From: Prasinococcaceae sp. CCMP 1430
Lineage: Eukaryota; Plantae; Prasinodermophyta
Assembly: GCA_013416795.1 (NCBI GenBank)
Contig: RQSC01000523.1
Location: forward strand, 280,457-344,456
Direction: 5' to 3'
Length of the DNA stretch: 64,000 nucleotides
The notes beneath the pieces were generated by a model. That model searched no databases and was not told the origin of the DNA. It saw only the letters and a program-made list of their open reading frames with translations. How positions within the stretch are numbered: position 1 is the first letter of the stretch; every line of letters begins with the position of its first letter. This document shows, one piece after another, positions 11,409 through 22,642 of this stretch. The position numbers and the translations under genes are program-made.

Positions 11409-11931
11409 NNNNNNNNNNNNNNNNNNNNNNNNNNNNNNNNNNNNNNNNNNNNNNNNNNNNNNNNNNNNNNNNNNNNNNNNNNNNNNNNNNNNNNNNNNNN
11501 NNNNNNNNNNNNNNNNNNNNNNNNNNNNNNNNNNNNNNNNNNNNNNNNNNNNNNNNNNNNNNNNNNNNNNNNNNNNNNNNNNNNNNNNNNNNNNNNNNNN
11601 NNNNNNNNNNNNNNNNNNNNNNNNNNNNNNNNNNNNNNNNNNNNNNNNNNNNNNNNNNNNNNNNNNNNNNNNNNNNNNNNNNNNNNNNNNNNNNNNNNNN
11701 NNNNNNNNNNNNNNNNNNNNNNNNNNNNNNNNNNNNNNNNNNNNNNNNNNNNNNNNNNNNNNNNNNNNNNNNNNNNNNNNNNNNNNNNNNNNNNNNNNNN
11801 NNNNNNNNNNNNNNNNNNNNNNNNNNNNNNNNNNNNNNNNNNNNNNNNNNNNNNNNNNNNNNNNNNNNNNNNNNNNNNNNNNNNNNNNNNNNNNNNNNNN
11901 NNNNNNNNNNNNNNNNNNNNNNNNNNNNNNN

Positions 11932-12604
11932 GTGCGCGGCGCGGGGCCGCCGCGGCCGCGCGCGCGTGGCAGCCGCGCTGCTGCCCCTGGCTGCTGCGCG
12001 TGCCGGCGATGCGGAGGTCGTCAAGGCCCTCCTCGACTACGTGCGTGCCGCGGGCGCCGTGGATGTTGTCGTTGACGCCGACGGCCGCACGCCCGTCCAT
12101 TTCGCTGCGCTGCACGGCAACGCTGCGGCTGCCGCTGCGCTATGCGCGGCGGGTGCCGCCGTGGATGCCGCCGACGCGCTCGGTGCGACGCCCCTGCATC
12201 TTGCCGCCGAGGCAGGACACATCGTCGCGGTGGAGACGCTGCTGCGGCGCGGTGCCGATCATGCGCGCGCGGACCCCAAGGGCCTCACGCCCATGCACCG
12301 CGCGGCGCGGGCAGGCCACGCCGATGCGGTGCGCACGCTCGTCGCCGCGGGCGCGTCCGTGTGTGTGCGCGACGCCGCCGGGCGGCAGCCGCTGTCGCAC
12401 GCGGCCGAGCGCGCGCGCGCGGCGTGCGTGTGCGCCTTGCTCGAGCTGGGCGCTGGCGCGCGTGAGGTGGACGGACGGGGCCGCAGCGCCCTCGAGTGGG
12501 CGCAGGCCGAGGGCACGTCGATGGCCACCGACAAACTGCTGCCGCGGTGGGCGGAGGTCCTGCGCGTGCTCGAGGGGCACGTGCACGCGGCGCAGGGGGG
12601 GTAG
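11932..12604 (+). CDS. Ankyrin-repeat protein, 5' end in gap
   Basis: Repeated GRTPVHFAA / GATPLHLAA / GLTPMHRAA units. Confidence 0.85.
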
Positions 12605-13873
12605 GCTCGGTGCCCATGCGCGTGCACACACACAAACACACGCCCGCTGGCACAGGGGGCGATCCGATGGTAGCATAGGACAGGCCGGCTGGGGCTATAA
12701 TATAACTGTAGAAATCCGCACCCAGTGCGTGTTAGCGCGCTCTGCACGCTCGAAAGTTGGCGTCCTTGTGCGTGCTCTCGATATGCCGCGCGGCACACTG
12801 CGCACATCATCTCCTACCATCGCCACCGCCCTCCCACGCAAACACTCAGCTCGCCTGCCGCGCGCGCGTGTAGCATGTGCTTTTGGTATGCGCGTGTATA
12901 TCTCTCTGTGTGCGTGCGTGTATGTGTATGTGTGTGTGCTTAGTACACTGGCGCAGCCGGGCTACCGGCTGCTTCGAGATCGTCGGCGAGCGCCACGGTA
13001 GCCGCGGCGAGTTCGCGCGCGGCGCTCGCAGCCTCCTGCAAGGCAGAAGCCACATCATCTGAGCTCCGGTCTGCGTCGGCTGTGCGCGACGTGCTGAGAG
13101 TCAGGTGCCCGCGCGTGCCAGACGCAAGCGCGCGTTGAGAGGTGAGCCTAAGCAGACACCCATCCACCTATCTATCCACGCACACACAGGTAGGCAACGC
13201 GTGCGACGCGTCTAGCCGCAGCGCCTGCCACGCGATGGCCGACGCGCTCAAGCCCGCCTACTTTCGTACCTTGTCGCTGGACGACCCTCAGCTCGTCGTC
13301 AAGGGGGTCGAGCGCCTCAACAATCGCCTCGCCGCGTGAGTCGGCTCGCAGCGCGCCGGCCGCTCGAAGCACGTCCACGCGGAAGGTCCGCATCGCGCCG
13401 CCTCGAAGCGCCTCGCGCGCAGCGCGCGCGTCGCCCGCAGAATCTACGAGCGCGAACGGCGGCAGCGGCGGAGGCACCGACAACCTCGACGCGTCGCCCT
13501 TCGCTCGGCTGGCCCGCGCGGCGGCCGCGGAGCGGCGCGGGCCCGAGCGGCGCGGCGCGCATAGGGCACTGCGCTCTGTTGGACGCGACGCAATGAATGC
13601 GCGCGGCGGAAGGCTGTGCAGAGCTGGGCGATGCCGCGTCGCGTCTCATGCGCGGGGGATGGGGTTGAGGAGGGGGAGGTCCTCATCTTGCCATGCCGTG
13701 TTGTGTCGCGCCACGCTGCGCGGATGGCATGAGAAGATCCCCGTGGTTAGTGCGGATGCGCGCGCGCCCTCGCGCGCCACTCAGCGCGCTGACGCCCTCG
13801 CGATCTCGTCGCTACACCGCACGCCCCCGTGGACGCGCGCCGCGCCGCACTCCCGATCGCCGCCCGCGCAGCC

Positions 13874-14588
13874 ATGTCGGCCAAGACCGTGAAGGATGTC
13901 CCCGCCGCGGCCTTCGTGAAGGAGTACGCCGCGCACCTCAAGCGCTCCGGCAAGATCGAGCTGCCCCCGTGGGTGGACCTCGTGAAGACGTCGGTCGCCA
14001 AGGAGCTCGCGCCGTACGACCCGGACTGGTACTACATCCGCGCGGCGTCGATCGCCCGCCACGTGTACATCCGCCCGGACGTGGGCGTCGGCGGCTTCAA
14101 GAAGCGCTTCGGCTCCAAGTACCGCCGCGGCACGCGCGCCATGCACCACCGCGATGCGGCCGGCGGCCACATCAGGCACATGCTCCAGCAGCTCGAGGCG
14201 ATCAAGGTCATCCGCAAGTCGGACAAGGGCGGGCGCCGCATCACCCCCGACGGCCAGCGCGACCTCGACCGCATCGCCTCCAAGGTGGTGCTCGCCGGTG
14301 AGTCCAAGGAGGAGGACGAGGACGAGGACGAGGACGAGTCCGAGGAGGAGGAGTCCGAGGAGGAGTCGGAGAGCGACGACGACGACGACTCCGACGAGGG
14401 TGCGTCGCGGCGCCGCGGCCGCCGCCGCAGTCGCAGCCGCTGCCTGTTGCGCGCCTGCGCTCTCGCTCGCGCGCGAGCACCGGCCACGCGCGCCTTTCTG
14501 CGCTGCCGGCGGGGGACCCACTGCATGCCCGCCCAGCTGCTGACATCGAAGCGACCCTCACCCCGGACGCACGCGATCAACAGAGTAA
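13874..14588 (+). CDS. RPS19: 40S ribosomal protein S19 (eS19) with acidic tail; exons 13874-14399, 14584-14588
   Basis: TVKDV...KELAPYDPDWYYIRAASIARHVY...GRRITPDGQRDLDRIA; intron GTGCGT...GCTGAC...AACAG, then AG TAA. Confidence 0.92.
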
Positions 14589-14875
14589 GCGCAGCACCCG
14601 CAGCCACCGGCGCGCGCGTGCGCGCGGGCGGTGGCGAACAAACCGCTGCAAGCTGCTCTTCTGTAATCTGGCCGCCAGGGGCAGTGCGACGGCACTCCCC
14701 GCCCCTCTCCGGCGGCGGCAAGTGGGCTCGAGCGCGCGCGCGCGCGCTCTGCCTCCGTCGGTGGGATTTAACTACGCAACCTCGTTGTGACCCCTTCACC
14801 GCGCACGCGTCACGCCGCGCGTCACGCCGCGGCGCCAGTGCCACGGGCGCGCCGCCAGCGCGCGCGGCGGAGGCG

Positions 14876-15757
14876 ATGGTCGCGCTCGAGCCGCTGGCGG
14901 AGAAAGTGCGCGCGCTCAACCGCTTCGACATGGGAAACTTCGTGGCGCTGATGGACGGCGAGCGCAGCCTGGGCGCGGTGCACGAGGACGTGGCGCGCGA
15001 GCTGCTCGCGTACCCGGAGGCAGTCGCCGTGGACCTCGGCCGCCGTGAGGTGCGGCTGCGGCCGGGCAGCGCTGAGGAGCGCACGGAGCGCTTCGCCGCG
15101 ATGGCAGCGGGGATGCACGAGGCTGGGCTCGTCCCCGGCTGGCGCGACGAGCTCTTCGCCGCGCAGCGCGGCTTCGGCACCGAACCGGTCTTTCTGATCG
15201 AGCGTGCGGCCGTCCCGGTGTTTGGCCTGCGCGGCTACGGCGTGCACTGCAACGGCCTCGTGCGCCAGCCCGACGGCAGCCACAAGCTGTGGGTCGCGCG
15301 ACGCGCCAAAGACAAGGCGACGTATCCGGGCAAGCTGGACCACATCGTCGCCGGTGGCCAGCCCGCGGGCATCGGGCTCATGGAGAACGTGATCAAAGAG
15401 TGCGGCGAGGAGGCGGGCATCCCGCCCGAGCTCGCCCGGCAGTGCGCGCGCCCAGCGGGCATGGTGAGCTACCGCATGGAGCTGCCCGACAAGAAGCAGC
15501 TCAAGCGCGATGTGCTCTTCTGCTACGATCTGGAGCTTCCTGAGGACTTCGTCCCCACCGCCGTCGACGGCGAGGTCGAGAGCTTCGAGCTCTGGGACAT
15601 GGACGACGTGATGCACGCCGTCGCGCACACCGACGACTTCAAGCCCAACGTGGGGCTTGTCCTTATCGACATGTTCGTGCGGCGCGGCTACGTGACGCCC
15701 GATCAGCCGGGCTACATCGCGCTCGTCAAGAGCCTGCGGGCACTCGACTGCGCCTGA
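14876..15757 (+). CDS. Nudix hydrolase 20-like (DUF4743 plus Nudix domain)
   Basis: GWRDEL, IERAAVPVFGLRGYGVHCNG, LWVARRA..K.TYPGKLDHIVAGG, KECGEEAGIP. Confidence 0.88.
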   Translation: MVALEPLAEKVRALNRFDMGNFVALMDGERSLGAVHEDVARELLAYPEAVAVDLGRREVRLRPGSAEERTERFAAMAAGMHEAGLVPGWRDELFAAQRGFGTEPVFLIERAAVPVFGLRGYGVHCNGLVRQPDGSHKLWVARRAKDKATYPGKLDHIVAGGQPAGIGLMENVIKECGEEAGIPPELARQCARPAGMVSYRMELPDKKQLKRDVLFCYDLELPEDFVPTAVDGEVESFELWDMDDVMHAVAHTDDFKPNVGLVLIDMFVRRGYVTPDQPGYIALVKSLRALDCA

Positions 15758-16400
15758 GTCACCCCCGGGCGGACGCGCCTCGGCGGCGGTGCGCGGACGC
15801 CGCGGGAGCGCGCGGGGGCCGCGGCGTGCAGCGTGCCAGCCACGCGCCGTTCCCCCGCTCGCGCCGTCACATGCGATCCGATATTCTCTTTAAAAACAGC
15901 TACACCGTGGCGGAGTGTGATTATTTTATGCGTCCTCCATCGCGCGGCGGGCCGCCCGCCAAGGTGGAACCCACACAGCGTGTTTTGGTTTTGATCTTAA
16001 CATGAAGCGAATCCTTCCTGCTTACTATATTCAAATTACATCTAAAATGGATTCCTTTATGTTTGTTGGACGGAAAAGGTTGCATGCAGATGTAATATGG
16101 TATGCATTTTGTGGAATCCACGTGTCGGCGGGCGGCGCGGCGGCTGCCGGCGACGACGCCACAGAGCGCGGCGGCGGCGCGGCCACAGGACCCACGCACA
16201 ACCCACCCACGTCCACCCACCGCAACCGCAACCGCGACCGCCGGCCCCCGCACGCCACTCCCAGCCCCCCGGCCGAGGGCCAGCAACCTCGCACCAGCGT
16301 TCGACGGGCTCGCGGCCCAGCCGAGGGAGGGCGGGAAGGAGGGGAGGGGGGGGACCGCGAGCGCGAGCGCGCTGCCGCGGCGCCGACCGGCGGCAACCGC

Positions 16401-17807
16401 AAGGTGTCCGGCCTCGACATCGACGAGACTGATTTCACGACGAGCAAGGGCGTTAAGGTGGTGAAGTCCTTCGAAGAGATGGGCCTGCGCGACGAGCTGC
16501 TGCGCGGCGCGTACGCGTACGGCTTCTCTGCACCCTCGGCGATCCAGCAGCGCGCGCTGCCACCCCTGCTGGCAGGGCGCGACGTGATCGCGCAGGCCCA
16601 GTCAGGCACGGGGAAGAGCTCGATGATCGCGCTGGCGGGCTGCCAAGTGTCAGACGTGTCCAGCCGCGACCCGCAGGTGCTCGTGGTGTCGCCCACGCGC
16701 GAGCTCGCGCTGCAGACGCAGGCGGTCGCCCAGGCGCTCGGCCAATTCGACTCGGTGAAGGCGCACGCGTGCGTCGGCGGCAAGAGCGTCGGCGAGGACC
16801 TGCGCGTGCTCGAGTCGGGGTGTCATGTGGTGTCGGGGACGCCCGGACGCGTGTACGACATGATCAAGCGCGGCGCCCTGCGCGCCAAGTCGCTCAAGCT
16901 GCTCATCATCGACGAGGCCGACGAAATGTTGGGCAGAGGATTCCAAGATCAGATCTACGACATCTACCGCTACCTGCCACCCGACGTGCAGGTGGTGCTG
17001 GTGAGCGCGACCATGCCGCGCGATGTGCTCGACATGACGACCCGCTTCATGACCGACCCGATGCGCATCCTCGTCAAGCGCGACGAGCTCACGCTCGACG
17101 GAATCAAGCAGTTCTTCGTGGCCGTCGAACGCGAGGAGTGGAAGTTCGACACCCTGTGCGACTTGTATGACACGCTGACCATCACGCAGGCGGTCATCTT
17201 CTGCAACTCGCGCAAGAAGATAGACTGGCTCGCGAGCCGCATGCGCGAGGCCCACTTCACCGTCTCCGCGCTGCACGGCGAGATGCCACAGCGCGAGCGC
17301 GACGATGTCATGGGCGAGTTCCGCTCGGGCGCCACGCGCGTGCTTCTCTCGTCGGACATCATGGCGCGAGGCATCGACGTGCAGCAGGTCAGCCTGGTGA
17401 TCAACTACGATCTGCCCAACTCGAGGGAGAACTACATTCACCGCATCGGTGAGTCACTGCGCGATTCCGCGCCCGCGCGCGTGCAAGCCGCCCTCCGTGA
17501 TGTTCAACTTGGGGTAACGCCCAGAATATACGCTATACCGAGGCAAAACAGCCGTGCGGAGAGCTTTACAGTGCTGAGAGGAACGCGAGGCGGGCCTCAT
17601 CCACTTTGCGAGCAATCGCGGCGTCGCTAACGCCGCGCGGCGCGTTCCCCCTTGCTGCGCACGCGCTGCGCAGGGCGCTCCGGCCGCTTCGGCCGCAAGG
17701 GCGTGGCCATCAACTTCGCCACCGACGAGGACATGAAAGCACTCAGGGAGCTAGAGAGCTTCTACAGCACGCAGATCGACGAGATGCCCGCATCCCTGCA
17801 GCTATGA
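16401..17807 (+). CDS. EIF4A3: DEAD-box helicase eIF4A-III; intron 17449-17673; true start not identified
   Basis: [55 protein letters not shown] (eIF4A-III type); HRIG|RSGRFGRKG across the intron. Confidence 0.92.
17492..17581 (+). ncRNA. Intronic box C/D snoRNA, U54/SNORD54-like
   Basis: Terminal stem CCTC/GAGG, box C GTGATG (17497), box D CTGA (17574), D' CCGA preceded by AATATACGCTAT, complementary to conserved 18S AUAGCGUAUAUU. Confidence 0.75.
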
Positions 17808-17875
17808 CTGCGCGCGCGCGGGGAGAGCGATGGTGCGATTCGAACGCGTGCCCCGAATTTAATAATTTTAGACAC

Positions 17876-20800
17876 TCACTCGCTGGGCTTGTACTCCGCG
17901 CCGTCATCGAGGGGCTCCTCGATGACCTCATACGAGGCCGCTACGGTGCCGTCGCCTGCTTCGCCGCCGCCGTCGTCGTCAGAGCCTCCGCCAGCGCCGC
18001 CGGCGCCCTCGCCGTGCGCTTCGTGCCAGCCCTCGGGCAACTTGCCGCCCCAACCGCGCTTGGGTACCTCACCGCGCAGCTCGGGGTGGTCGATGGAGTC
18101 GTACACCTTGTTGCCGAGCACCCAGTCTTCGGAGATCTCCTCCTCGGTGAAGCGCGCGTAAGTTTCGGGCTTGAGGTCGTGGTTGCCAGGCTCGATTTCG
18201 ATGGTCGCGGGGCTGTGGAAGCCCGGGTACCGCGCCTTGTCCATCTTGTTGTACAGGCGCTGCATCTTCATGCCGATCTCCTCGAGGCGCTGGTTAAGCT
18301 CGCGCTCATCCATGCCCAGGCTCTCCACCGAGTCGAATGCACCGTCGCCCACACCCGAGCTGTCGCCGGAGGTGATCTCCTCGTCCGCGCTCGCGTCGCC
18401 CTTGCCCTTGCCCTTGCCCTTCTTGCCGCCGGCCGGCCTTGCGTCGTCGTCAGCCCCGTCGCCCTTGTCGGAGGCTGAGGGCATGAGCTTCCGCACGTAG
18501 TCCTCCTCGGTCTCCTCCTCGTACTCGGTCTCCTCTTCCTGGTTCTCCCTGACCTTCATGTACATGTGCTCGCGCTCCGAGTAGTAGTCCTGGTTGTTGT
18601 AGCGCGTGGGCGTGAGCTGGCCGTAGTCGCGCTGCTCGGAGCGCTCGTCCGACCACTCGTTGTCCTTGAACTCGGGGTTCTTTTTCTCGTCGAGGTAGTC
18701 CTGGTCGAGCGTTCCCCCCAGCACGTCACCGTCGTTCACCATGCGGTGCCACACCTCGTCGGGGATGCGCTGTGTGCGCACGAGCTTCCCCTTCGCCTTG
18801 AACTGATCGACCAGATCGGACACCTCCTTGTTCATCTTGGCGACAGTCCCCGCCCAGTTGGGATCGTGCACGACCCGCCGCGCCTCCTCGGTGCTCATCT
18901 GGCGATCGTGCTCGTTCAGCACCTCGAACTCTTTTCTGTATGCGGGCGACGACTTGTCCATGCGGCCGCCCTCGCGCAGCACGGTGCCCAGCGGCTCCTG
19001 CTGCGCCGGGTCGCCGCGCATCTCCGAGTGGAAGATGAGCGGCGGGCTGTCCAGCGTGTCGGCGAGTGGAAGCGCAGGGTCCAGCAACTCGATCTCAATG
19101 GGGAAGCGGAAGCGCCACACGTCCTCGCGGATGGCCGTCACGCGCACCCGGACCCTGTCGTGCGGCGACAGCATCACGCTCGGGCTGACCTGGGGGCCGG
19201 TCATGTACATCCGATCACGGAGCTTGGTGCTGAAGCGCTCCTGGAACTCGAAGCCCGGGTCAACGAACTCAATGGCGCGCCAGTCGTCCTGCGAGACGTA
19301 TTGCCAGCCGAAGTACTCGGCCCCGATGTCGATGTAGAGGCCTGAGTACAGGTCCTTGCACACGACCTGCCCGATGATCTCGGTGCCAACCTTGAGCTCG
19401 GAGAGGGGGATGCGCTCCTTGCCATTGAAATCCGAGCCGTTGAGCGGGCTGTCGAGCACGCACGGGGCCTCGTAGTCAGGCATGGCCGGGAGCTCCTCCG
19501 CCCAGTTCACCTCCTCGTTGGGCAGGCCGAGGCGCATGTAGTCGTTCGTTTCTCCCAGCGGATCGAAGATGTTCACCTTGTCCCACAGCAGCGACGCGAA
19601 GCGCGCGTGGCACTCGTGCGCCGAGTAGTAGTAGTTCTTTCCGGTGTCAGGGTCCGGGTCCCACTTGTCCCATCCGCGCGAGTACTTGGCGAAGACCTCG
19701 TCGGTGACGAGCTTCGAGCACCGCCGCCAGAACAGCGGTCCGGGGTCGTGCTTGAACGCCGCAAACTCCCCGCCGATCGACTCGACGAGGCCCATCACCA
19801 CCTGGTCGAGCTCGTCGTCCCAGGGCGGCATCATGTCCATGTACTCGAGCATGCCCAGCTTGGACTCGGTTTGGATGCCCGACGCCACCAGCTTCTCCTC
19901 CTCGACGATGTGAGCGGCCTCGCCCGCATCCATGCCCTCATCCTCAATGAGCACGCGCAGCCTCTCCTCGTATGCCGCCTCCTGCTCCTCGTCCAGCTCG
20001 GGGACTACCACCACGCGCCCGCGCCGATTAGCGCTGGTCTTGCCCTTGTCCTGGGCGGCGTACTGCTGCGCCTGCGCCTCGAGCTCGAAGTTCTCGAGCG
20101 GGGCGAGGTACTGGTCGAGCACGTTGTATCCCACTTCCTCGTCAAAGGGGTTGAAGAGCGCCCTGCGGACAAGCGCCTCGTCGAGCAGGAAGGGCTCGTC
20201 GGTGAAGTCGTCCAAGATGCTCTGTGCCGCCTCGCGCGCGATGCCCTCGCCGACGGGCGAGCGAAGGTACTCCACCTGGCAGCGCTGCCACATCTGCGCC
20301 TCGCCCGCCAGTGCCATGTACTCGAGCGTGGGCGGCACGGCGAACTCCTCCGCGTCCTCGCACCCGCCGAAGGACGGGAGCACCTCCTCAACCTCCTGCC
20401 GCTGGGCCTTTTTGAAGTGCGATTGCGCCTCTTCGATCGCAGCATCCGTCAGGGGCGCCACGTCGCCCTGGCCGACCACCTCGCCCGGCGCGGGCGTGGG
20501 CGCCTGCTGCGAAGCGTCGTACGGCCGTCCGTCCTCCGCCACGCCTTGGGTTGCGCTGCCGTCACCGTCGGCGCTCTCGACGTTCTGCCCGACGAGCTCC
20601 AACAGGGCCTGGCGCAGCGCTTCCTCTGCGTCGGCGTCGTCCGCCACGGCGGAGAGTAGCTCGCCCACCATGGGCGCCGCTGCGCCGCGCTCATCCTCCG
20701 CGAGCCCATCCATGCCCGCGCCGCGCGTGCTCTCAGGCGCGAGCCCCTTGAAGGACTTGAGGACGCCGCTGAGCGCGGCCGCCGCGCGCGCCTCGGCGTC

Positions 20801-21673
20801 GGTCACCTGCCGGCCGCCAACGCGCTCGGTCGTTGGCATGTCGATGTGCATCTTGGCGTCCTCCCGCGCGAGCACCTCGTCGGACGTGGGGCCCCGAAGC
20901 GCGCGCATCTTCGCCTTGAACCCCTCGGAGACGGAGTCGTCGGGCTTGGGCGTGCCGTCTTCGAAGTACTCGTCCGCCAGGACGGCATCGTCCATGACCA
21001 AGTTGCCCTTCTCGTCCCAGCGCGCGCTCTCGCGCTGGGCGTCCGTGAGCGACTCCCAGCGCGCGTCCGCGTAGCGCTTGCGCACGTCGAGCAGGCGCCT
21101 CTTCAGCGCTTCGCGGCGCTCTCGCGCGGCAACCTTGGCCTCGCTGTCGCCGCCGCCATCGGCGTCCACCAGCCAGTCGTCATCCTCGTCGGCGTAGGCC
21201 TTGAACTGGTCCCAGCGCTCGTCGTCGAGAGCCGGGGCGCCGTGGTTCCACTCCATGCGCTCGAGCCGCTGGTACCTGCCGAGCTCCTGGGGGTTGGTGA
21301 TGGGCGGCTCGAGCCCCAGCTTGGCGCGCTTCGCCCTCTTGCTGGACCCACCCTGGCCATCCACGCCCGCGCCGCTCGGCTTGTCCGCCACCCCGCACCG
21401 CACCGCCGCGCGCCGCGGGGGCGCGCGCGCCGCAGCGACGCGAGGGTCGGCCGGCGGCCGCCGCCAACGGCGGAAAGGGGAAGGAGCCGCGCGGCGCGAA
21501 GGCGAGCGAGCGACCGACCGAGCGAGGGCACCCGCCCGCGCCCCCGCGCTCGAGCGCGCTGTAGCACACGCGCACGCACACGCGCACACACACGCACGCA
21601 CACGCACACGCACGCGCACACGCGCGCGCGCGCACACACAGCGCGGCGCCCAGCCGCCTTTTCTCGCCGCCAT
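17876..21673 (-). CDS. Large acidic S1-domain protein, pTAC10/PAP3-like, with probable transit peptide
   Basis: RIPLSELKVGTEIIGQV..KDLYSGLYIDIGAEYFGW and VWRFRFPIEIELLDP resemble the pTAC10 S1 region; N-terminus ends RRAAVRC; start codon uncertain. Confidence 0.65.
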   Translation of the reverse strand: MAARKGGWAPRCVCARARVRVRVRVRACVCACACACATARSSAGARAGALARSVARSPSRRAAPSPFRRWRRPPADPRVAAARAPPRRAAVRCGVADKPSGAGVDGQGGSSKRAKRAKLGLEPPITNPQELGRYQRLERMEWNHGAPALDDERWDQFKAYADEDDDWLVDADGGGDSEAKVAARERREALKRRLLDVRKRYADARWESLTDAQRESARWDEKGNLVMDDAVLADEYFEDGTPKPDDSVSEGFKAKMRALRGPTSDEVLAREDAKMHIDMPTTERVGGRQVTDAEARAAAALSGVLKSFKGLAPESTRGAGMDGLAEDERGAAAPMVGELLSAVADDADAEEALRQALLELVGQNVESADGDGSATQGVAEDGRPYDASQQAPTPAPGEVVGQGDVAPLTDAAIEEAQSHFKKAQRQEVEEVLPSFGGCEDAEEFAVPPTLEYMALAGEAQMWQRCQVEYLRSPVGEGIAREAAQSILDDFTDEPFLLDEALVRRALFNPFDEEVGYNVLDQYLAPLENFELEAQAQQYAAQDKGKTSANRRGRVVVVPELDEEQEAAYEERLRVLIEDEGMDAGEAAHIVEEEKLVASGIQTESKLGMLEYMDMMPPWDDELDQVVMGLVESIGGEFAAFKHDPGPLFWRRCSKLVTDEVFAKYSRGWDKWDPDPDTGKNYYYSAHECHARFASLLWDKVNIFDPLGETNDYMRLGLPNEEVNWAEELPAMPDYEAPCVLDSPLNGSDFNGKERIPLSELKVGTEIIGQVVCKDLYSGLYIDIGAEYFGWQYVSQDDWRAIEFVDPGFEFQERFSTKLRDRMYMTGPQVSPSVMLSPHDRVRVRVTAIREDVWRFRFPIEIELLDPALPLADTLDSPPLIFHSEMRGDPAQQEPLGTVLREGGRMDKSSPAYRKEFEVLNEHDRQMSTEEARRVVHDPNWAGTVAKMNKEVSDLVDQFKAKGKLVRTQRIPDEVWHRMVNDGDVLGGTLDQDYLDEKKNPEFKDNEWSDERSEQRDYGQLTPTRYNNQDYYSEREHMYMKVRENQEEETEYEEETEEDYVRKLMPSASDKGDGADDDARPAGGKKGKGKGKGDASADEEITSGDSSGVGDGAFDSVESLGMDERELNQRLEEIGMKMQRLYNKMDKARYPGFHSPATIEIEPGNHDLKPETYARFTEEEISEDWVLGNKVYDSIDHPELRGEVPKRGWGGKLPEGWHEAHGEGAGGAGGGSDDDGGGEAGDGTVAASYEVIEEPLDDGAEYKPSE

Positions 21674-22076
21674 CAAACCGCACCCGCCCGCCCCACCGAT
21701 CCAAACCCTAAACCCCAAATCCCCAACCTCAACCCTCCGATCGCCCCGGACGTGGTGTGACCTGCGAGGGGGGCGGCGCGCCGTGTCCCAAAGCCCTTCC
21801 GTCGCAGGCCCCCATCGAAATCCCATTCCGCGCGTTCCAACGCGATTCGACGCTTCACCAAATCACCATCAACCGTCGTTTCTAAATGCGAAAGATCACG
21901 CGAATGAAATGCCACCCCTTTGAAAGTATTCATGCCGTTTGGAAAAGGCGGGGATGGCGGCGCGAACGCGCGAAATCGCGGCGAACCCCCTTTTCCGCCA
22001 CGCGGGCGCCGCGGGCGCGCGCGCGCGCTTTTCCGGCGGCCGGCCGGGGGCGTCGGCGGGACCGCCTACCTGCTGC

Positions 22077-22322
22077 GCAGAGGTCCCCGAAAGCATCGCC
22101 AGGCGGATGTACGACCAGATACAAATCGTTCCAGCGCGGCGCAGCTTGGCCGGGTCGCCCAGTTCTGACCGCGCCACTCATAGAGACTTTCCTCGGCGTA
22201 AGTGCCCGTGCAGAGGTCCCCGAAAGCATCGCCAGGCGGATGTACGACCGCCTACAAATCGTTCCAGCGCGGCGCAGCTTGGCCGGGGCGCCCGGTTTTG
22301 ACCGCGCCACTCATAGAGACTT
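22077..22322. repeat. Two 113-bp direct repeats (22077-22189, 22210-22322), 6 mismatches
   Basis: Manual alignment of GCAGAGGTCCCCGAAAGC...CATAGAGACTT. Confidence 0.9.
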
Positions 22323-22381
22323 ACAGTACTTACCGCACCCCCGCCGGTGCAGCGACGAGGCTTACAGTACTACAGTAACGG

Positions 22382-22394
22382 TTAGGGTTTAGGG
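22382..22394. promoter_or_regulatory. Interstitial telomere-like motif TTAGGGTTTAGGG (telo-box)
   Basis: Seen directly; similar motifs near 446, 21703, 38281, 41766, 62975. Confidence 0.5.
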
Positions 22395-22642
22395 TATTAA
22401 AAAGAGGGTTCGTGCGGGCGCCAGATATTTAGCGGCGCAGGATGCAGCACGGGGTGTGCCACAGCGTGGGCGGTGGGTGGTGAGGACGACCTCGTGCTCG
22501 TCGAAAACCACATGGCGTTCGTCTTCCACGCCAGGGGTGCTGGCGGAAGCTTCCAGTGCGCGCCGGTGCGCGTGGCGCCGGGGGGGAAGAGGGCGGCAAG
22601 CTCCCGCGGCGAGCGCTCGGGCCGCCGCGCGCCGTGCGTGGG

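Noticed and set aside
12940-13483. Possible two-exon minus-strand gene (...VVQRQ|DRSSDDVASAL...)
   Set aside because: Splice sites are plausible, but I found no clear start codon or recognisable homology.
13829-15757. 642-aa RPS19-Nudix fusion as a single gene
   Set aside because: The linker is an intron plus UTR/intergenic-like low-complexity sequence. A clean splice gives RPS19 its own stop, and Nudix has its own ATG at 14876.
16002-16400. Long N-terminal extension of eIF4A-III from ATG 16002
   Set aside because: AT-rich promoter-like and low-complexity sequence unlike eIF4A-III; the true start is unresolved.
22077-22322. CRISPR array or hammerhead ribozyme repeat
   Set aside because: Only two long units, a eukaryotic context with no cas genes, and no CTGATGA...GAAA core.
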